A stretch of DNA of 64,000 nucleotides from positions 79,807-143,806 of the forward strand of contig JBBRPR010000019.1 in NCBI GenBank assembly GCA_038227875.1. The letters are read 5' to 3'. The notes below the pieces were generated by a model. That model saw only the letters and a program-made list of their open reading frames with translations. It did no database searches and was not told the DNA's origin. This document shows positions 57,800 to 64,000 of this stretch, piece after piece; the first letter of the stretch is position 1, and each line of letters opens with the position of its first letter. Made by a program: the position numbers and the translations under genes. The stretch is from Planctomycetota bacterium. GTDB taxonomy: Bacteria > Planctomycetota > SZUA-567 > H5-PLA8.

Positions 57800-60763
57800 T
57801 TACTCAACGATGGCATGGCTGTCACGACGTTCGCCAAAGCGTAGCCACTTTTCAATTTCAACAGCCGTAAAAGCCACTACGGCCAAGACCGCGATGCGCA
57901 GCCAGGAGTCGCCGGCAATGGGTGCGGTGTGGAAAAGCTTGTTCATCAGCGGAGCATGCGTGAAGAGGAGTTGCGCACTCAGCATCGCCAATGCGCCGGC
58001 GATGGCCCAGCGATTCGTGAACAGCCCGATAGCGAATACCGAACGCCTGAGAGATCGGCAATTGAAGAGATAGATAGTCTGAACAAGGACGAGGCTGTTC
58101 GCGGCTACGGTACGTGCCGCCGCCAGACTGGCATGCTCGACACGCAGTTCCCAAAGAAATAAACCTAGGCCGCCCGCCACCATGATGAGCGACACCAGCC
58201 CCGTGCGCAATACGAGCGGAAGCGTAAACAACGGGGTCTTTGGATCGCGTGGAGGCCGGAGCATGACATCACTTTCCTTTGCCTCAAATGCGAGAGATAG
58301 ACCGAGCAGTGTGTCGGTCAGGTTGATCCAAAGCAATTGGAGCGGCAGCAGGGGCAGCGGCAGGCCCAGCGTGATGGCGGCAATCAACATAAGTGCTTCG
58401 CCGAGATTGGTCGGAATGATCCAAGCGACGAATTTAGTAAGATTGTCGAACACACCCCGGCCTTCTTCCACCGCCGCTTCGATGCTGGCGAAATTGTCAT
58501 CGGTCAGGATCATCGCCGCTGCGTCTTTGGCAACGTCCGTGCCGCTGATCCCCATCGCTACACCAATATCTGCCTGCTTCAGGGCGGGTGCATCGTTTAC
58601 GCCGTCGCCGGTCATGGCAACAATATGTCCGCGTGCCTGAAGCGCTCTAACAAGGCGGAGTTTTTGCTCCGGCGCAACGCGGGCGAACACAGCGGTGCGG
58701 TCGGCGATGTCCGGCAATTCCGCGTCACTGATTTTTTCCAGCTCGCGACCGGAGAGCGCGACCAGTTTGCCGTGCTCTTCACGGCCTTTTAATCCAATAT
58801 GTTCCGCGATGGCGCGGGCAGTAATAAGGTGATCACCCGTGACCATCTTCACGTTGATCCCGGCGCGCTGGCACTCGCGCACGGCGGTGAGAGCGGCAGT
58901 TCGTGGAGGGTCCATCATCCCTTGCAAACCAAGAAATGTGAAACCTTCAGAGACCTGTGCGTGGTCGAGCTTGACCTCGCACCCGTCCACGTAGCGGCGA
59001 GCGAGGGCCAGCACACGCAGTCCATGTGCGGCCATCGTTTCGGCTGCGCGGATCACAGCGTCTCGATCGAGCAGGACGGGCAAATCGCTTTCGCCTAGTG
59101 CGGAGTTGCAACTTTCGAGCAGGCGTTCAAGTGCGCCAACCTTGTAGATGACGCGACGGCTGGGATCTGCCTCGTGCATCGTGGCGCGAAACATGTGCTC
59201 AGACTCGAATGGAATCATGTCTACCCGCGGCGCCATGCGTTGAGGCTCGGTGAGCATCAACCCGCCCTTCTCTGCGGCGACGATCAACGCGGCTTCGGTG
59301 GGGTCTCCCTGGACTGTGCGCCGTCCATCTTTGCGGACGAGTTGCGACTCGTTGCACAACCCGCCGGCGCGAAGGCACTCGGAGAGCGCACGATGCTCTG
59401 GCACATGCGCAACTGCGCCGTCGACCTGCAGTTCGCCATTGGGTTCGTAACCCACGCCCGTGACGATGTAGAGTTTTCCGCCTGCCCAGATTTCCTGCAC
59501 GGTCATCTGGTTCTCGGTGAGCGTGCCGGTCTTGTCCGAACAAATAACGGTAGTACTTCCAAGCGTTTCCACCGCGAGAAGTTTGCGGATAATAACTTGT
59601 CGATTCGCCATGCGGGAGACGCCAATAGCAAGAACGATGGTAACTGCGGCTGGCAGGCCCTCGGGAATTGCCCCGACCGCCAGCGCCACCGCCGCCATGA
59701 ACATTGACGCCGGTTTTTCGCCGCGCGAGACTCCGAGGACAAACGTGGCTGCCGCCAGCACGAGAATGACCCCGACCACCAGCCGGGTGAAGTGCTCGAT
59801 CTTCTTCGTCAGCGGCGTGGACAACTCGACCGCGCTCGCGATGAGCCGACCAATGCGCCCGGTCTCCGTTCGGTCGCCGATGGCGCAAACGACACCTTCT
59901 GCCTGTCCGCTTGTGATCAGCGTGCCTGCGTAGGCAATATTGCTTCGCTCCGCGAGAATCGCATCCGGCGCGGCCGGGCCACTGTTTTTGACCACAGGCA
60001 ATGACTCGCCGGTGAGGGCCGATTCATCCGCGCGCAGATTGCGGACGTGGAGTAGCCGCACATCAGCGGGCACGCGGTCGCCCGATTGAAGCAGCACCAC
60101 GTCGCCAGCTACAAGTTCTTCGGAGCGGACGCGAAGTGTGCTGCTGTTGCGTCGCACGGTGGTTTCGGTGGCGACCATTTTGGCCAGCGCCGCGATGGCG
60201 TTCTCGGCCCTCGCCTCCTGGAAGTAGCTGGCGATGGCGTTGATGAGCACGACGCTGAAAATCACAGATGAATCCACCCATTCGCCGAGTACTGCCGTGA
60301 CTCCGATGGCGAGAAGCAGGATGTAAACGAGCGGTTGATTGAACTGTTGGAGAAACTTGAGCCACGGCGGTGAGCCCCGCAGCGCAGTCGCCAAGTTCGG
60401 GCCCGATTCCCGCTGGCGACGGCAGACTTCCTCTGCTGTCAGGCCAATGGGAGGGTCCACTCCGAGACACTGTAAGACTTCGTTTTGCGGCAGTTGATGC
60501 CAACGTATATCGGCCGCGCTCGTCGTTGTCGGCGGCGCTCCACTTGCGTTCGTTAACCGTGCCCGCGCCATCTTCAACCAGCGCCTCGCCCAAAGAAACT
60601 CCGTCGCCAGAATCGCCAGTCCGGCTGGAATAACCAGAAAAGCCGGCCCGGGCAGCACAATCATGGCGATACCTGCCAGTACCACTGTGCCGCCAACGAG
60701 TGCGACCACGGGCTTGCGCGCGCGACCCAGGAACAGGCGACATTTGGCGATGAATTTTATCAT
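57800..60763 (-). CDS. P-type IIA cation-transporting ATPase with N-terminal PGPGW-like domain
   Basis: LTGES, IPEGLP, CSDKTGTLT, MVTGD, MTGDGVNDAPAL. N-terminal VLPGPAFLVIPAGLAILATEFLWARRWL. Confidence 0.93.
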   Translation of the reverse strand: MIKFIAKCRLFLGRARKPVVALVGGTVVLAGIAMIVLPGPAFLVIPAGLAILATEFLWARRWLKMARARLTNASGAPPTTTSAADIRWHQLPQNEVLQCLGVDPPIGLTAEEVCRRQRESGPNLATALRGSPPWLKFLQQFNQPLVYILLLAIGVTAVLGEWVDSSVIFSVVLINAIASYFQEARAENAIAALAKMVATETTVRRNSSTLRVRSEELVAGDVVLLQSGDRVPADVRLLHVRNLRADESALTGESLPVVKNSGPAAPDAILAERSNIAYAGTLITSGQAEGVVCAIGDRTETGRIGRLIASAVELSTPLTKKIEHFTRLVVGVILVLAAATFVLGVSRGEKPASMFMAAVALAVGAIPEGLPAAVTIVLAIGVSRMANRQVIIRKLLAVETLGSTTVICSDKTGTLTENQMTVQEIWAGGKLYIVTGVGYEPNGELQVDGAVAHVPEHRALSECLRAGGLCNESQLVRKDGRRTVQGDPTEAALIVAAEKGGLMLTEPQRMAPRVDMIPFESEHMFRATMHEADPSRRVIYKVGALERLLESCNSALGESDLPVLLDRDAVIRAAETMAAHGLRVLALARRYVDGCEVKLDHAQVSEGFTFLGLQGMMDPPRTAALTAVRECQRAGINVKMVTGDHLITARAIAEHIGLKGREEHGKLVALSGRELEKISDAELPDIADRTAVFARVAPEQKLRLVRALQARGHIVAMTGDGVNDAPALKQADIGVAMGISGTDVAKDAAAMILTDDNFASIEAAVEEGRGVFDNLTKFVAWIIPTNLGEALMLIAAITLGLPLPLLPLQLLWINLTDTLLGLSLAFEAKESDVMLRPPRDPKTPLFTLPLVLRTGLVSLIMVAGGLGLFLWELRVEHASLAAARTVAANSLVLVQTIYLFNCRSLRRSVFAIGLFTNRWAIAGALAMLSAQLLFTHAPLMNKLFHTAPIAGDSWLRIAVLAVVAFTAVEIEKWLRFGERRDSHAIVE

Positions 60764-61077
60764 ATGTGTGGGGGGAAGATCTGGATGCAACATTCCACCG
60801 GATAGTTCGCTTTACTAGACACGTGTGTACTGTAGCGGCGAGAGGCTATTGTTCGCAACGCCACGTTGGAAGCCGGCATTGCTTTCCATTCAGAAACCAT
60901 TCACGTTGGGAGGCGTTGCGCAAAGAGTACGGGTAACTTGGATAGGATATTAACGTTTTAGGCAATTGCACTTTAGATGCACACTATCGGCGATTTACTG
61001 TCTTCTAACGAACATCCATCAATGATCGCGTCAAGATCGTCCATCAGGAATGGCCAATGGGCCGGACAAGCACGGTC

Positions 61078-61250
61078 TCACCGTGCGTCAGGCCGGGACA
61101 ACCACGGGCAATTTTGTGTGGCGTCGCCAGGATTGGCGGCCTCGATGATAAAGAAGTCCGTCAGGACTTCCTTGGTCTCGGTGAAGGGCCCGTCGACGAT
61201 TTACCCGTCGGCCACTTGCAGCTTCCGGCCTCCCGCGTTTAGTAAGGACC
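61078..61250 (-). pseudogene. Degraded YciI/DGPFAETKE-family gene fragment
   Basis: The minus strand reads GGRKLQVADG*IVDGPFTETKEVLTDFFIIEAANPGDATQNCP, with an in-frame TAA and no recognisable N-terminus. Confidence 0.7.
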
Positions 61251-61399
61251 GAGATCGTCTAACATGGTTCTCCGCGCACGCGACACGGCTTTCGGTACCC
61301 TTGTCAGAGTGTGACGTAACACGGAAGCAACAATCACTCCGATTGTTTGAAGCGGCAAGTCCTCGTTATTTCGGAGGTTATGCTTTTATGCAAGATTAA

Positions 61400-61448
61400 T
61401 ACCGGCGACTGGATTTGAACCAGTGACCAATGGATTATGATTCCCATG
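61400..61448 (-). tRNA. 3' half of a CAT-anticodon tRNA (fragment, possible att site), not an intact gene
   Basis: Minus strand: GGA-ATCATAA-TCC ATTGGTC ACTGG-TTCAAAT-CCAGT CGCCGGTA. Perfect T-arm, but no matching 5' acceptor strand or D-arm upstream. Confidence 0.7.
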
Positions 61449-62155
61449 TCGTCCTATGATCGTTAAATCTCGATTATATCATTTTTGTATCGTGTCCGGG
61501 CTCATCTGCGGGTCAAAATTCCCCTTACCTGCCCGTTCCCACGGCTTTGATGGCCAGAGGCTTCCAGACGGCCCGGAAACGCCGTAGAACGGCCGTCCAG
61601 AACGCGCAGCCGCCCGTCTGAACCGCGTAAAGTGAGCAACCTGGGCTTTCGGAGCCTTCAGCCGCTCCGAATCGGTTCCAGCCCGGTCTGCGCGGTCAGA
61701 ATCGAAATGATATGTTGCAGAAACGGCGATCTCGGACGAATATCGTTGAAATGAGCATCGCGATCAATTCTGAAACTGAGAGCCAAGACGAGCCAGTTGC
61801 GAAGCGCGTCTCGCGTATTTTGAAGTCATTCGAAAAAGAAATCACCACGCACGGCGAAACCAGCAGACTACTGTTCGATCTCATTCAACCCAATAGTATA
61901 GTCGAAGTGCTCGGGCTGTTGCCGGAAACATACAGAAAGTGAAGGGCTTTATCCAGGTTCCGAAATTTCGGATGTTTTAGTTTTTGAATTGCCCATCAAA
62001 ACGGCAGAACACATCCTGCTTAGTTTATTGTGCAGATTGCACAGGGTGCCTTTTTGTCTCACGGAATTTTCGCAATATTCTCGTAAGTATTTTGCGCGGC
62101 TTCTCGCCCAGAGTAGAAAGGTGTACCCCTTTTTCAGCGCGAGGAAATTTCACCG

Positions 62156-64000
62156 ATGAACCGATGGATTTTGCCGCTCATTTGTGTCTCTTTAATTCCA
62201 TTCACAAGTCATGCGGCCAACCTGGATACTGTTGCCGACCGCGTGCTGGGTCAGGCGGGTTTTACGACGACCGCGGCGGGCACCAGCGCCACGCAGATTT
62301 CAACTGCATACGGCCTGGGCGTGGATCGGCGCACGGGTCGTATTTACATTGCGGACACCACCAACAACCGCGTGATCAGTTGGCTCAACGCCGCGACCTT
62401 CACCAATGGCCAAGCCGCGGACAAAGTTTTTGGCCAGAACAATAGTTTCACATCCAGTCTGGTCAACAACGGCGGCATTTCGGCCTCGTCGCTCAGCGCC
62501 CCGCGCGGTGTTGCCGTCGACGATAACAGCAATCTGTACGTCGCGGACACCGGTAATAATCGCATCCTGGTTTACCGCGATCCCAATACGCTGGACAACG
62601 TCGCCGACTTTGTGATCGGGCAGACCACATTTACCACCAATGCCGCAGGCACTTCGTCGACCGCGCTGAGCGGGCCGCGCGGGATCGCCATCGATTCGTC
62701 GAACAATCTCTATGTTGCCGATACCAACAACAACCGCGTGCTGGAGTACAACACGCCGCTGGGCACGGATGCCGTGGCCAATCGCGTTTTCGGCCAGTTG
62801 GGCAGTTTCACGAGCAGCTTCAGCAACAACATCGGCGGTGCGAGCAGCACGCCGACCGCAACCAATTTGAACAGCCCCTACGGTGTCGGCGTCGATTCGC
62901 AGTCCAACGTGTACATTGCCGACACGTTCAACAACCGCGTGCTGATTTATGTCACGCCGCTGACCACGGACGTTACGGCGGACTATGTGATCGGCTAATC
63001 GAGCTTCACGTCGCTCACCTCTGGTAGCACTTCAACCACCTTGAATGGCCCGTACCGGCTGGTTGTCGACAGTGCTGACAACCTGTACGTCTGCGACGCG
63101 AACAACAATCGCGTGCTCGAATACAACGCGCCCAACACGTCGATTGGCATGGCGGCCAATCGGGTGTTTGGCCAGATCAATTTCACCGCGAATCTCTCCA
63201 ACCAGGGTGGCACGGCATCGGCGAGCACGCTCAATGCCCCCTTCGATGTCGCCGTTGATAGCTCCAACAACGTTTACATCATGGATACCAACAATTTCCG
63301 GCTGCTGGGCTACGATCTGCCGGTTCCCAACACGTTTCCCTCGCAGACATCGTTATTTCCGGATGTGATCGCCGAATCCAGTGCCGCGTTTTCGCTGCGC
63401 GTCGACGGCGCTGGCTTTGTGCAGAACTCCGCGGTGCTGGTCAACGGCATTGCGCGCCCCACGACGTTCATCGGGCCCACACGTCTATCAGCGGCGCTGA
63501 CTCCCGCGGATGTGATCACGTCGGGCACCGCTACGATTACGGTGACGACGCCGGCGCCGGGTGGCGGCACGTCGCAATTGCAGAATCTGAAGATTTACTC
63601 GCGCGCCAATCTCGACACCACCGCCGATCGCATCATCGGCCAGCCGGATTTTGTCACCAACACTGCCAACACCAGAGGCCTGACCGCCCGCACGCTGAAT
63701 TTGGTCATCGACATGGCCGTCGATCCCAAGAGCGGCCGCTTCTGGGTCGCCGACTCGGCGAACAACCGGATGCTGAGTTGGCCCAGCGCCGCTGCGATCA
63801 CCAATGGGCAGCCCGCCGACATTGTGCTGGGCCAGCCCGATTTCACTTCGAAGATTGCGAACTTCGGCGGCCCCGGCGCCACGCCGACGGCCAGCAATTT
63901 GAGTGCTCCGAGCGGTGTCGTGGTGGATCCCGCCGGCAATTTGTACGTTTCAGACTCGATTAATAACCGGGTGTTGCTGTACCTGACGCCGATTGTTTCC
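62156..64000 (+). pseudogene. Secreted NHL-repeat/IPT-domain protein interrupted by a single in-frame TAA (62996-62998), runs off the window
   Basis: Signal peptide and NHL blades (LYVADTGNNRIL). After the TAA the same frame continues SSFTSLTSG...NLYVCDANNNRVLEY, an IPT/TIG-like domain and more NHL blades to the window end. Confidence 0.85.

Noticed and set aside
61712..61942. 76-aa ORF next to the tRNA fragment
   Set aside because: No motif or RBS support. It could be an island remnant but is not callable.

Overview
A GC-rich bacterial chromosomal segment, most consistent with a Planctomycetota/PVC organism (inferred from a plant/chlamydial-type FabI, a eukaryote-like UDP-GlcNAc pyrophosphorylase, ECF sigma factors with long C-terminal extensions and TMTC-like TPR proteins). 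The left half carries housekeeping genes (ychF, fabI, ptsI, gap, rpe, aminopeptidase P) separated by REP-like and heptamer-repeat intergenic elements. The right half is mostly accessory: large secreted proteins, two Zn-finger membrane proteins, AraC/PhyH pairs, mddA-TetR, an alcohol dehydrogenase, a P-type ATPase, and a decaying zone (about 55.5-63 kb) with a frameshifted URO-D-like gene, a YciI remnant, a tRNA 3' fragment (possible att site) and an NHL gene with an in-frame TAA. Top leads: (1) an unnamed ~150-aa C-terminal domain ending LTY[ST]AKxGKSG shared by two otherwise unrelated secreted proteins, a candidate lineage-specific sorting or anchoring system; (2) a paralogous Zn-finger/TM/periplasmic protein family; (3) a 12 x 10-bp phased repeat array in a structured 1-kb intergenic region; (4) a PhyH enzyme with a halogenase-like HxG motif; (5) an ExbB/MotA homologue that lacks the channel threonines. 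No CRISPR array, rRNA, intact tRNA or transposase was seen. All family assignments come from motif recognition by eye, not database searches.
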